DNA from: a virus
Direction: 5' to 3' (one strand)
IMG/VR virus record: IMGVR_UViG_3300036715_002570
Span: 86,678-150,677 of that record
DNA length: 64,000 bases
The notes beneath the pieces are model-generated. The model worked only from the letters and a program-made list of their open reading frames with translations. It did no database searches and had not been told where the DNA came from. This document shows positions 47,861 through 56,690 of this stretch, piece by piece; the stretch's first letter is position 1; each line of letters starts with the position of its first letter. Made by a program: the position numbers and the translations under genes.

Positions 47861-48277
47861 ATGGACAACCAGCAAGCATTCACCCGCTCCCTGAAGGGGA
47901 TCCGAGGCCAACAATACCGCCGGGCGGTTGACAAGGATGGCCGGTGTACATACATTGTCCCGGACACTCCTGCGGTCCGTTGCGGTGTTGGCCACCTGCT
48001 GACGACAGACACTGCCCGCAACACGTTCGGTCCAATCTCGCACATCCTTGAGCACCACTGCCCTGCGAATGATGCGGTGCTCAAGGAGCTGGAGGGTGTT
48101 GACACCGAGCTGCTGATCCGTCTGCAGAATGCTCACGACACTGCCCTGAAGCTGACCCGACTGAATGTTAATGGTGAGCACGTCAAGCAGGAGCACGGTG
48201 CTGCTGTGTACGAGCAACAGATGGCTGAGATCGCCGAGCTGTTTGGTCTCCAATACGACGAGCCTGTTCGTCGTTAA
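47861..48277 (+). CDS. conserved phage protein (C.Y.....RCGVG.L...LQ.AHD type)
   Basis: motif, GAGG RBS. Confidence 0.7.
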   Translation: MDNQQAFTRSLKGIRGQQYRRAVDKDGRCTYIVPDTPAVRCGVGHLLTTDTARNTFGPISHILEHHCPANDAVLKELEGVDTELLIRLQNAHDTALKLTRLNVNGEHVKQEHGAAVYEQQMAEIAELFGLQYDEPVRR

Positions 48278-48341
48278 GTGGCTGTTGCCTTAATGGGGTG
48301 AAGGGGTTACGATACTCCAATCCCATCAAGGAGCAACACAG

Positions 48342-48566
48342 ATGTCGATCACCGTATACTACCTCAACGAAGATGGCGACCGGATGCTTGGTTACCGCTC
48401 GGCGGAGTTCATCAAGGCAACGATCCCAGTGTCATCGTACAAGGCAGTTGCGTCGGTCAACACCGACGACATCGAAGTCGCGTTCGAGAAGACGAACACG
48501 ATCGATCGCCACTGGCACAACAACCCGGAGGTGACGGTCCTGTCGCATGCTGTGAGCAACCGTTAG
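48342..48566 (+). CDS. YodL-like N-terminal fragment
   Basis: Y..VA......E.AFE.TN...W; TAG precedes in-frame SMSV. Confidence 0.55.
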   Translation: MSITVYYLNEDGDRMLGYRSAEFIKATIPVSSYKAVASVNTDDIEVAFEKTNTIDRHWHNNPEVTVLSHAVSNR

Positions 48567-48569
48567 TCG

Positions 48570-48938
48570 ATGAGTGTGATCGTGCGCCAGCTGCCTCCTC
48601 CGAACATCCTCGCTCGCCTGAACCAAGCGGCCGAGCGAGGTGACCGCGTCTGCATCGAGGTCGTCCATGACGGCGTCAAGAAGTACCTGACGAGCAATTC
48701 GCTGTTCAGCGGCGGCGAAGATGGTCCGTACACGACCGACCCAGTGCTCGCGCTGAACTGGGCGGTCAAAGATCCGGACTTCACTGAGATGTGGTACTGC
48801 CTGCACACGCTGTACATCAAGGATGTCGGTGGTGGCAGGAGCTCGCCGTGTTCCGATGTCCCAGGCCAGATTGTGACGTTCAAGATCGTTGCGACCGAAT
48901 CGCAACGGCTTGCTGACTACGGGGAGTACAAGCAATGA
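48570..48938 (+). CDS. hypothetical protein, in frame with upstream ORF
   Basis: ORF track. Confidence 0.55.
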   Translation: MSVIVRQLPPPNILARLNQAAERGDRVCIEVVHDGVKKYLTSNSLFSGGEDGPYTTDPVLALNWAVKDPDFTEMWYCLHTLYIKDVGGGRSSPCSDVPGQIVTFKIVATESQRLADYGEYKQ

Positions 48939-49178
48939 GTGCTGTGCCGCCTCTCGGCTACTACTGTGGCCGGTGAAAAAGCCGAACGGCCCAACCGGGC
49001 CGGCAGGGTGGGCGCTGGGCTCATCGATCTGCCTGTGTAGTGGAACCGGGCCGGTCGTCCCTGTGCCGATCCCTCCCGAACCTGGCTCCCGAACCTGGCT
49101 CCTGCAACCAAATAACCAGCTATCTCGGTCTGCCTCCAGGCTACCGCGGTAGCCTGTTGAATCTGTAAAGGACCGAAC

Positions 49179-49388
49179 ATGAAATGCCGCAAGCCAAATT
49201 TGCTGGTCGTGATCCTGGGGATGCTGATCCTCGTGTTCTGTGGCGGAACAGTGGTGATCCTGGGGATGACTACGTTCTTGGAAACGAACCTGAGGATCGT
49301 CCCGGGGAACTGGTGGGTCCTACTGTCAACTTTCGCTGTGTTCATTCAAGCCACGCTCGGATTGGGCTACTACTACAACCACCGATGA
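49179..49388 (+). CDS. two-TM membrane protein
   Basis: AAGGA RBS, hydrophobic. Confidence 0.6.
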   Translation: MKCRKPNLLVVILGMLILVFCGGTVVILGMTTFLETNLRIVPGNWWVLLSTFAVFIQATLGLGYYYNHR

Positions 49389-49753
49389 TGAGCCGCAAGC
49401 AACTACCAACCAAAGATGCACTCGGGAACGAAGTTGTTCTCGGTGCGACGTACGGGTACACCTCAACGGAAGGTAGCCGGGCGTCTGTTGTGATTGGTCG
49501 CACGATCAAGTTCTCTTCTTCCGGCTGGGTGTCCCTGAAGATGATCAGCCGCAAGGTGTTCATTAACGGTGAACAGACGGACGACGGGTGGGCTGATCAT
49601 CGGGCGAACAAGGTCGCGACCCAACCGTACTTGCTGTTCCCTGTTCCCTGTTCCCTGTTCCCTGTTCCCTGTTCCCTGTTCCCTGTTCCCTGTTCCCTGT
49701 TCCCTGTTCCCTGTTCCCTGTTCCCTGTTCCCGACCCGGTGTTGTCCCCCTAA
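49385..49753 (+). CDS. hypothetical protein ending in a heptamer tract
   Basis: MMSRKQLPTKDALGNEV; ATGA overlap. Confidence 0.6.
   Translation: MMSRKQLPTKDALGNEVVLGATYGYTSTEGSRASVVIGRTIKFSSSGWVSLKMISRKVFINGEQTDDGWADHRANKVATQPYLLFPVPCSLFPVPCSLFPVPCSLFPVPCSLFPVPDPVLSP
49634..49731. repeat. (CTGTTCC)14 tandem repeat
   Basis: 98 bp of perfect heptamers. Confidence 0.97.
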
Positions 49754-49835
49754 CGCGATCGTACGGACAATCAGTATACTGGTCTTAAACGAACTCGACA
49801 AGCGACTCGTCGACCCCCTCCTCTTCCAAAGCAAC

Positions 49836-49871
49836 GAGAGATCGGCGACTACGCGTAGTCGCCGATCTCTC
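49836..49871. repeat. perfect 36-bp loopless palindrome
   Basis: gagagatcggcgactacg|cgtagtcgccgatctctc. Confidence 0.95.
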
Positions 49872-49889
49872 ACCGAAGGTGTATAGTTG

Positions 49890-50189
49890 ATGGTACTCGA
49901 CCAAGACCAGCTGCAGGAAGTGGTCAAGCAACTGACGCAGGCAGTCAAGCTGCAGGGTGGCGCCTGGGACCGTGTCAAGCGCTCCGCCCATGCATGGGCG
50001 CTGATGAAGTTGCACGGGAAGTACCTGGAGGACAACTCATCCGGGATCCCGTGCATGGTGTCGATCAATCACTCCGACCGGGAAAGAATGGAGAAGTACT
50101 ACCACGACGCCCTGATGCGTGACATCGAGGCCACCTTCCTGGAGGATGCGCTTGCTAGTCGGGCGCTGTCTGACGCATTGACCAACTAA
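49890..50189 (+). CDS. hypothetical protein
   Basis: ORF track. Confidence 0.6.
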   Translation: MVLDQDQLQEVVKQLTQAVKLQGGAWDRVKRSAHAWALMKLHGKYLEDNSSGIPCMVSINHSDRERMEKYYHDALMRDIEATFLEDALASRALSDALTN

Positions 50190-50201
50190 CAAGGAGTACA
50201 C

Positions 50202-50474
50202 ATGCTGTACCATGCAAAGCATCCGACTGTTGACGCGGTCCGGTATACCGGTCACGAGACGAACATCCGCGGCCTCGACATCGTCAAGTGCACCGAGCGC
50301 GGCGACACGCTGCGCGAGATCCCGAAGGGCCTGGAGGCGTTCGGGCCGACGTGCCGAGCTGTGAAGTTCGGAGACCATCTGGTCAAGGTGTGCGTCGGCG
50401 AGTGGGTGGTGTTCACCGGTGATGATGTTGGGGTGATGCCGGACGATATGTTCCACCAACAGTACACCCAATGA
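50202..50474 (+). CDS. conserved phage protein (VDAV.YTG...GEWV....F...Y)
   Basis: AAGGAG RBS, motif. Confidence 0.7.
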   Translation: MLYHAKHPTVDAVRYTGHETNIRGLDIVKCTERGDTLREIPKGLEAFGPTCRAVKFGDHLVKVCVGEWVVFTGDDVGVMPDDMFHQQYTQ

Positions 50475-50761
50475 TCCCTCAAGAAGACAAAGTACGACCA
50501 GTTGCTGGAACTGGAGTGGGTTGCTGGGTGGGAACGAATCCATGACGACCAATTCGTCGGTTGGATGAAGTCGACAAACTACAACGGGACGAGGGGCCTG
50601 CTGTCTGCTCAACTGAAGGATAACAGCTGCTGGCTGATCGCTGTTGTTGAGCCGAACATCTTGGCTGAAATCAGCCTGCCGGCGAGAACCGTCTAACCCT
50701 ATTGTCGTTCGCAGCTGTAAGGGTTACGATCGACTGATCACACGATAGATGGAGATCAGCG

Positions 50762-51142
50762 ATGTTGACGTTCGAGCAGATGCAGCAGATCGTGGGCGAG
50801 ATCACGTACAAGCCGGGTTGGACGATCACACTGTCAACGGATGGCCACCGTCCGTACCTGCAGATCGGGGCGACAACGCTGGATAGCGTTACCCAGGAGA
50901 TAGTTCCGTGGCGAGGTGCGAAAGCATACCTGTCTCCGCATATGTGCCGCCAGGAGGTCGTCAGTGAAGTGTTCCACTTGATCGAGCGGGCAGAGCTGCA
51001 CGAGATGCGGGAATTCTTCCGCTACCGTGGTGCTTCGATATATAACCCGCACCTCGACCCGGATGTGCTCGTTCCGATCGCCAGAAAGATGGCGTCGTTC
51101 AATCTGCGTGACAACGCGATGTCGATGGTTGAAGGAAACTGA
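50762..51142 (+). CDS. conserved phage protein (YKPGW...E.HE.RE.F.Y...YNPH)
   Basis: motif, GGAG RBS. Confidence 0.75.
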   Translation: MLTFEQMQQIVGEITYKPGWTITLSTDGHRPYLQIGATTLDSVTQEIVPWRGAKAYLSPHMCRQEVVSEVFHLIERAELHEMREFFRYRGASIYNPHLDPDVLVPIARKMASFNLRDNAMSMVEGN

Positions 51143-51143
51143 C

Positions 51144-51434
51144 GTGATCAACCTGAACGAGACCCCGGAACAAATCATGATGGTGCGAGCTGGTGTGCAC
51201 GTGCTCGTCGATGGTCGTGAGATGATTGTCGCAACTGCTGGGTTCGACAATGTATATCTGACGAACGTCGACGCTCAGCCCATCCCGAGCGAGTTCTTCC
51301 TGCGGGCCGACAACAACTACAGCGACTACTGCGTCCACGTTCGCAGGATGGATGGCGACAAATACGGAGTTGCTGTAATGCGGCGCAGTGAGATGTGTGA
51401 GCGTCTGATCAACCACACATACGTGATCGGTTGA
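51144..51434 (+). CDS. hypothetical protein
   Basis: GTG start after AAGGA. Confidence 0.55.
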   Translation: MINLNETPEQIMMVRAGVHVLVDGREMIVATAGFDNVYLTNVDAQPIPSEFFLRADNNYSDYCVHVRRMDGDKYGVAVMRRSEMCERLINHTYVIG

Positions 51435-51479
51435 CATAACAATCCGGTTAGTTGAAGGTGGAGTCTTTCAGGAGGCTCC

Positions 51480-51746
51480 ATGACAATTCAATTAGTCGAC
51501 TGGCCGGACGGCGCAACAATCGGCACACTGCAACACCAATTTGGGATCTGTCATCCCGATCTAGACATTCTGGTTGAGATTGATGGCAAGTGCCACAAAC
51601 TGACAGGGATCAAGCAGTGGCGACCACTTGACAACAAGAATGTTGTGCTGTCGTTCACTGTCGAGCCGGAAGGCAAGAAGTTCGAAGAGTGGAAGATGAT
51701 CAGGTCGTCCTCCGCTGTGCCAACTGTACCGGCAGCTGTTGCGTAA
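51480..51746 (+). CDS. hypothetical protein
   Basis: GGAGG RBS. Confidence 0.65.
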   Translation: MTIQLVDWPDGATIGTLQHQFGICHPDLDILVEIDGKCHKLTGIKQWRPLDNKNVVLSFTVEPEGKKFEEWKMIRSSSAVPTVPAAVA

Positions 51747-51797
51747 TAACAGGGTGACCTATACGATATCAGTACTTTGTGTAACTGGTGACGTAAA

Positions 51798-51980
51798 ATG
51801 ACTCCTCTGAAGATTGCCCTTGTTGCTGTGCTGACCACTCTCGCAGTGGTGTGCCTTCTCCCTGCGTTCGTATTTGGCGTTGGAATTCTCGCCACAATCG
51901 GCGCCCTGATCATTCACCTCGCTCCGTATCTTGCTGTCGGATTTGCGGCAGCATACGTGGTGCAAAAGGTGTGCAAATGA
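51798..51980 (+). CDS. small membrane protein
   Basis: hydrophobic. Confidence 0.6.
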   Translation: MTPLKIALVAVLTTLAVVCLLPAFVFGVGILATIGALIIHLAPYLAVGFAAAYVVQKVCK

Positions 51981-52210
51981 AACAACTACTGATCGTGCTC
52001 GGTCAATTCTTTGGTGCAGTTGCAAAGATCGCACTAGCTTGCGTACTCGTCCCAGCGATGGTCGTGCTGGCTGTGATCCTGATCGGGTTGCTACTGTCTG
52101 CTCTTGCTGTTGCATGGGCGGTTGGGGCTCGCCTGACGATCAAGCAGAACAACGTGGTGATCGGCCATCTCCGCTGGTTTACGTTTACACCCGTTAGTCG
52201 GTTGCGTTAA
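51977..52210 (+). CDS. small membrane protein
   Basis: ATGA overlap, hydrophobic. Confidence 0.6.
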   Translation: MKQLLIVLGQFFGAVAKIALACVLVPAMVVLAVILIGLLLSALAVAWAVGARLTIKQNNVVIGHLRWFTFTPVSRLR

Positions 52211-52235
52211 TTAGGGTTTCTCCATAGAATAGATT

Positions 52236-52800
52236 CATCGGTTGAACGAAACGTTGCACGTAAAACTGCGAGGTTGAGTGAAGCAGATCCTCGTGGTTGG
52301 GGTTGCTCTTTGGAAGATAGGTCCTAGCCGATCGGGCCCTTGAAGGTGATCGGTCGCCGACTGACAGATTGTAGTGGCCACTACGTCGTTGGTCTAACCC
52401 CAGAGAAGATGTCGTATCTGGGACTGGTGGAGACTCTGAGAGTATGGGAGCGGGTGCATATCCCGCCTTGCTGTCTTGGTAATATGTCAGGGCATACGGT
52501 CGATTCCGTAGCGTGAGAGGGCCTGGGACTCCACCCACACATATTACTGACACTGCGAGTAGTTTACGCCTTAGGAGAACACATACTCGGACATCCTCTG
52601 ATTGCTAAAGCACGTACGCCCTAGCAATGACGCAGAGATTTATCAACGACGGTACGGTCGTCGGGAAACGCCCAGCACGCCACAAAGGTGCGCCAGATCG
52701 GTGGTAGGGGTTTTGAAAATAGGTGGCGGTGAGCCGAATCCTCACCGTTGCTTCTAAGTTGTTCGCAGATTGCCTAATGGGCAATGTCCGAACAATTTTC
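52236..52800 (+). ncRNA. candidate large structured ncRNA (~560 nt)
   Basis: promoter ttgcgt-N17-tagaat 52202-52230; no credible ORF; many helices, crossing pairings, T-loop-like hairpins. Confidence 0.65.
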
Positions 52801-52823
52801 ATCAACAGCGTGGAGCAAAGGCC

Positions 52824-53063
52824 ATGAAGCGCATCTATCAACTGAACACCACCCCGGTCCAATACTTCGAAACCAAGGAGGCGGCGAAGGTCGCTCGCGG
52901 TGCGAAGGTCCCCGCAAAGGACGACAAGCCGGAGCACTACAAGTTCACCGTGTCGAAGGGCCCGGATCATCCGAAGTTCGGCGAACGTGCGAACGAACGC
53001 ACGCACTCGTACAACAGCCGCTCCGGCGGTCACGACAACGGCTTCCCGGCCCGTCGCAAGTAA
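52824..53063 (+). CDS. small basic protein between candidate RNAs
   Basis: GGAG RBS, strong codon bias, KGPDH motif. Confidence 0.7.
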   Translation: MKRIYQLNTTPVQYFETKEAAKVARGAKVPAKDDKPEHYKFTVSKGPDHPKFGERANERTHSYNSRSGGHDNGFPARRK

Positions 53064-53180
53064 GCGATTTGCTGCTGGTCTCATAATCCAGCAGCAATAC
53101 GTGTGGTGCTACGTATTGCTGCACTGTTTGCCTGGAAACGTCAAAAAGGTGGGGCGGCCAGAATCACAGCCCCATCCTCG

Positions 53181-53332
53181 TCTGTATACGCGAGCAGAGT
53201 TGGATTTGAGCTTCGGTTATCCTGCGTAACGAGCAGGGCGTTAGATAAACGTGGACCTTTCCGGATAAGGGACATGCTGACTGCTGGTGTAAGTGTAACA
53301 CATCGATTCACCAACCTGCTCACGTATACGGA
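53181..53332 (+). ncRNA. candidate ~150-nt structured RNA
   Basis: ~20-bp closing stem 53181-53203/53311-53332 followed by TTTT. Confidence 0.5.
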
Positions 53333-53351
53333 TTTTCACAGGAGAAAAACA

Positions 53352-53525
53352 ATGTTGAAATGGATGTGTGCAGGCGCTGCAATCGGCGCCTTTATTGGTG
53401 GTCTGAGCTGCAGCGCGTTCCTGACGGGCGCACTGATTGGCGCAGGAGTGGTGTTCGGCTTCTACATGCTGTTTGGCATAACCGTGATCGTCGGACTCGT
53501 CAAGCTGTTCAGGGACGGCGTGTGA
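53352..53525 (+). CDS. small membrane protein
   Basis: AGGAG RBS, hydrophobic. Confidence 0.6.
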   Translation: MLKWMCAGAAIGAFIGGLSCSAFLTGALIGAGVVFGFYMLFGITVIVGLVKLFRDGV

Positions 53526-54721
53526 TCATCCCGGCTGTTGAACAACCGTTCATGACCACTATCGCGGGTAGCGTCTCTCTGACGCCGCGCGACGAGTGGG
53601 AAAAGAAGCTGCTGAAGTCCCAACAGACCGGCGTGCCGCTTCGGATCAAGCTCGGGTTCGACCCAACCGCTCCCGACATTCACTTCGGGCACGTCGTCGT
53701 CCTGCAGAAGCTACGGCAACTGCAGGATCTTGGGCATACGGTAATTCTGCTAATCGGTGACTTCACAGCCGCGATTGGCGATCCGTCTGGCCGCAACTCC
53801 ACCCGACCGGTACTGTCTCACCATCAGATTCAACTGAACGCGGAGACGTACTGCGATCAAGCGTGGAAGGTGCTCGACCAATCGAAGACGGAGGTCCGCT
53901 GGAACAGCGAGTGGTGCAACGCGCTTGGTGCACGTGGGCTGGTCGAACTCGCTGCCAAGCACACTGTCGCTCGAATGCTTGAGCGGGACGATTTCGCCAA
54001 GCGGCTGCAGGCTCAAACTCCAATTAGCATCCACGAGTTCCTGTACCCCCTGCTACAAGGCTACGATTCCGTCGCACTCAATGCGGACTTGGAGATCGGT
54101 GGCACAGATCAGACGTTCAACCTGATGGTTGGTCGTCAGCTGCAAGAAGCCTACGGGCTATCTCCGCAGTGCATTCTGACGATGCCGCTGCTGGTCGGGA
54201 CGGACGGCACGCACAAGATGTCGAAGTCGAAGAACAACTACATCGGTGTTGCTACGCCACCCGAACAGATGTTCTCGCAGGTGATGGCAATCAGCGACAA
54301 GCTGATGTGGGATTGGATTCCGCTGCTCAGCGGTAACGGACAGCTGGTCGCGCAAGCCCTTGTTCGTCGTTCTGATGTCAACTGCCGAGACATCAAGGTC
54401 ACCTTTGCAAAAGAACTGGTTACGCGGTTCCATTCCGCAGAACTGGCAGATCGTGCGCATGACGACTTTGTCAACCGTTCTAACGGTGGAATTCCGGCAG
54501 AAGTGCGCGACTTCTATGCATCAGGCGGCGCTCGTCCTGTCACATCCTTGCTAAAGGAATCTGGCCTGTGCCCCTCGATGTCTGAAGCCGGGCGAAAGAT
54601 CGAACAGCGTGGGATCCGCATCGACGGTGTGGTCGAGCAAGACAAAAGGCGCGTGATCGAACCAGGCACCTACGTGATGCAAGTAGGTAAGCGAAATTTC
54701 GCTCGGATCCATCTGTCATAA
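53522..54721 (+). CDS. tyrS: tyrosyl-tRNA synthetase
   Basis: GFDPTAPDIHFGH, YPLLQGYD, GGTDQ.FN, KMSKS, C-terminal S4 domain. Confidence 0.95.
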   Translation: MIIPAVEQPFMTTIAGSVSLTPRDEWEKKLLKSQQTGVPLRIKLGFDPTAPDIHFGHVVVLQKLRQLQDLGHTVILLIGDFTAAIGDPSGRNSTRPVLSHHQIQLNAETYCDQAWKVLDQSKTEVRWNSEWCNALGARGLVELAAKHTVARMLERDDFAKRLQAQTPISIHEFLYPLLQGYDSVALNADLEIGGTDQTFNLMVGRQLQEAYGLSPQCILTMPLLVGTDGTHKMSKSKNNYIGVATPPEQMFSQVMAISDKLMWDWIPLLSGNGQLVAQALVRRSDVNCRDIKVTFAKELVTRFHSAELADRAHDDFVNRSNGGIPAEVRDFYASGGARPVTSLLKESGLCPSMSEAGRKIEQRGIRIDGVVEQDKRRVIEPGTYVMQVGKRNFARIHLS

Positions 54722-54923
54722 TCAAAGGCGCTGGGAGACGCCTTTCAGTTACAACAGCATCGTCAACGTATCTCTTTGGGAGCATGGTGTCACCTACCAA
54801 GTGTACGCCGGTTGACAAGTCAACCTGTTGTGTCATTGGAGCTCTGGGGATTGGGATGTAACACTTATCGGAAGTTGTCCCCCTGTGGAGAGATAGTGAT
54901 GATGGGGAATCAGGATAAATCAA

Positions 54924-55217
54924 ATGATCACGAATTCAACGCCAAAAGTATATCTTAGCCGTCGGAATTTGCTAGCCCTACTGTCTAAGCTCGACCGTGA
55001 GGCTGCTGGTGAGAGCACACACTGTATGGTGATCAAAAACCAAAACCCTTCGCCGACTTACCAACAGACGATGAAGCAGATTGCCGTCATTGCAGTGGAA
55101 GATGATGAGTATTACGGCACCCTTGGCCGTGCTGCCGGTGAAATGCACCCTTCCGACGAACAACACCTACCAAAACCAGCAACTGGAGTTCAGTACGCCG
55201 GCCCAATTTTTGGTTGA
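54924..55217 (+). CDS. conserved phage protein (LSRRNLLALL.KL)
   Basis: motif, RBS. Confidence 0.7.
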   Translation: MITNSTPKVYLSRRNLLALLSKLDREAAGESTHCMVIKNQNPSPTYQQTMKQIAVIAVEDDEYYGTLGRAAGEMHPSDEQHLPKPATGVQYAGPIFG

Positions 55218-55397
55218 ATCTATTTTTGGGTTTCGGTACAGTAGACTCATCTAACGAACGAGGGAGCCTGTGATGATTGAATATGATAGCGGCACCGCCG
55301 CGGAAAGCAACACCGGAATGTGGATCGTTCTTAGTGTAATTGCTGTATCCGTGCTCGCCGCTGTAGCCCTGGGGTGGACCTGATGTCGCGCAAGGGA

Positions 55398-55805
55398 ATG
55401 GACAATCAAGTTGTCATCGTTGGTGACAACGAGCTAGCTCACACAGGCGACGGCAACCTTGCTCGCGCCGTTGCTGGAAACTGTGGAACAGCAATCTCAG
55501 GTCGCTACGGCACATCGATCGTCGGCGATCACGGCGCGGCAAAGGCAGGATTGTACGGGGTTGCCCAATCAGGAAACTTTGGGCGATCAGAAGCAGGTGC
55601 CGGTGGTGAAGTTGTAACCGGCGCTGGTGGAACTGCCGTGTTGCATGACTACGGAACAGTATCGGGTGGCGATGGTGCAACATTCGAGCTGTGGTATCCA
55701 ATGGGGTTCAACGAAACGGTAATTGTGTTCACCGTGGGCGTTGACGGAATCAAGCCAAACGTCAAATACGAATACGACTACGGCTCTATCAAGGAAATCA
55801 AATGA
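55398..55805 (+). CDS. Gly/Ala octapeptide-repeat protein
   Basis: A..G..G repeats, C-terminal VGVDGIKPNV.Y. Confidence 0.7.
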   Translation: MDNQVVIVGDNELAHTGDGNLARAVAGNCGTAISGRYGTSIVGDHGAAKAGLYGVAQSGNFGRSEAGAGGEVVTGAGGTAVLHDYGTVSGGDGATFELWYPMGFNETVIVFTVGVDGIKPNVKYEYDYGSIKEIK

Positions 55806-56008
55806 TCAAGCTATACGCATCCGTTGCTGCGATTCTCGTGCTGTTGGCTGCTGCCTTCTTGGGTTCGTACTTTTACGGCTACCGTCATGAGGTGACGCAA
55901 CAGTACAAGAAGTACTCAGACAGTTGCTACAGCACGACGATGACGAGCCAAGTCACCCGCGGCACAAACGGGACGGCGATGTTCGTCTCTACCTGCAGGA
56001 TGAACTGA
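55802..56008 (+). CDS. small membrane-anchored protein
   Basis: N-terminal TM, ATGA overlap. Confidence 0.6.
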   Translation: MIKLYASVAAILVLLAAAFLGSYFYGYRHEVTQQYKKYSDSCYSTTMTSQVTRGTNGTAMFVSTCRMN

Positions 56009-56219
56009 TGTCGGAAATCATCAAACACGCCCTAGTGTTCGGCCTTGGGTGGTACGTTGGTGCAATGCTAGTCGGGTACGGCGTATTTGCATACCAACGG
56101 TTCAATTCAATCCTCTGCATGTCGCCACCCATGCGCCCATCGTGGACTGTCGCACTCCCCCCGTCGTTGTCGTGCTTGTTTCGGCAACAACGCAACTTCT
56201 CATGAAATAAAGGATCACC

Positions 56220-56690
56220 GTGGAACAATACAACAACCCCGTCCCCGTCGCCGTCGGCATCATCGAACTCGTCAACGAAAAGACTGGTGATACCTTTCTG
56301 CTCGGTGTTCGCCGCAACATCGAGCCGCAAATTGGCGGGATCGCCTTCCCCGGAGGCTACCTTAATGCGGGTGAAACCGCAGAGGCCGCAATGGCGCGGG
56401 AACTCGAAGAGGAAACCGGCCTGCACATCCCTGCGGAACATTGGATCGTTGCTGGCACGGAAGTGACGCCGACCAATCGTCTGCTGATCATGCTGGCGGC
56501 CGAATACGCGCTCCCCTTGGAAGCGCTGGAATTGTTCGTCAAGAACGACGAAGTTCAAGAGCTGGTTGCGATCGATGCCAACACCCCGATCTGCTTCCCT
56601 CTGCATGCACAGTGGGCCGAGCACTACTTTGCTGGCCAAGACGCTTGCGGCCACTCGTGTGACTGTGGGGCAGACGATGGAAGTCATTAA
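56220..56690 (+). CDS. Nudix hydrolase
   Basis: NPVPVAV, FPGGYL..GET...A.ARELEEETG. Confidence 0.9.
   Translation: MEQYNNPVPVAVGIIELVNEKTGDTFLLGVRRNIEPQIGGIAFPGGYLNAGETAEAAMARELEEETGLHIPAEHWIVAGTEVTPTNRLLIMLAAEYALPLEALELFVKNDEVQELVAIDANTPICFPLHAQWAEHYFAGQDACGHSCDCGADDGSH

Larger units (their letters stand above)
29510..50730 (+). promoter_or_regulatory. array of about 30 sigma70-type promoters, roughly one per gene or gene pair
   Basis: gTTG(A/T/C)nn-N17(16-18)-(G/T)A(T/C/G)(A/G/C)(C/G/A)T then GGAG; examples near 30198, 31128, 32570, 33259, 33575, 34293, 34518, 35454, 36461, 37132, 37813, 39620, 41789, 42162, 42588, 43393, 44025, 44441, 44741, 45371, 45910, 46635, 47804, 48285. Confidence 0.85.

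Noticed and set aside
46463-48566. Genome-wide TAG recoding
   Set aside because: Only two in-frame TAGs; other genes (ending 34970, 38911, 47427) stop normally at TAG and long genes are uninterrupted.
52236-52800. RNase P RNA, tmRNA or T-box
   Set aside because: No GAGGAAAGTCC core, no tRNA-like ends with a tag ORF, no T-box consensus.
53360-53521. N-terminal extension of TyrRS in the ORF track
   Set aside because: Overlaps the small membrane gene; GTG at 53522 coupled to its stop is the more plausible start.
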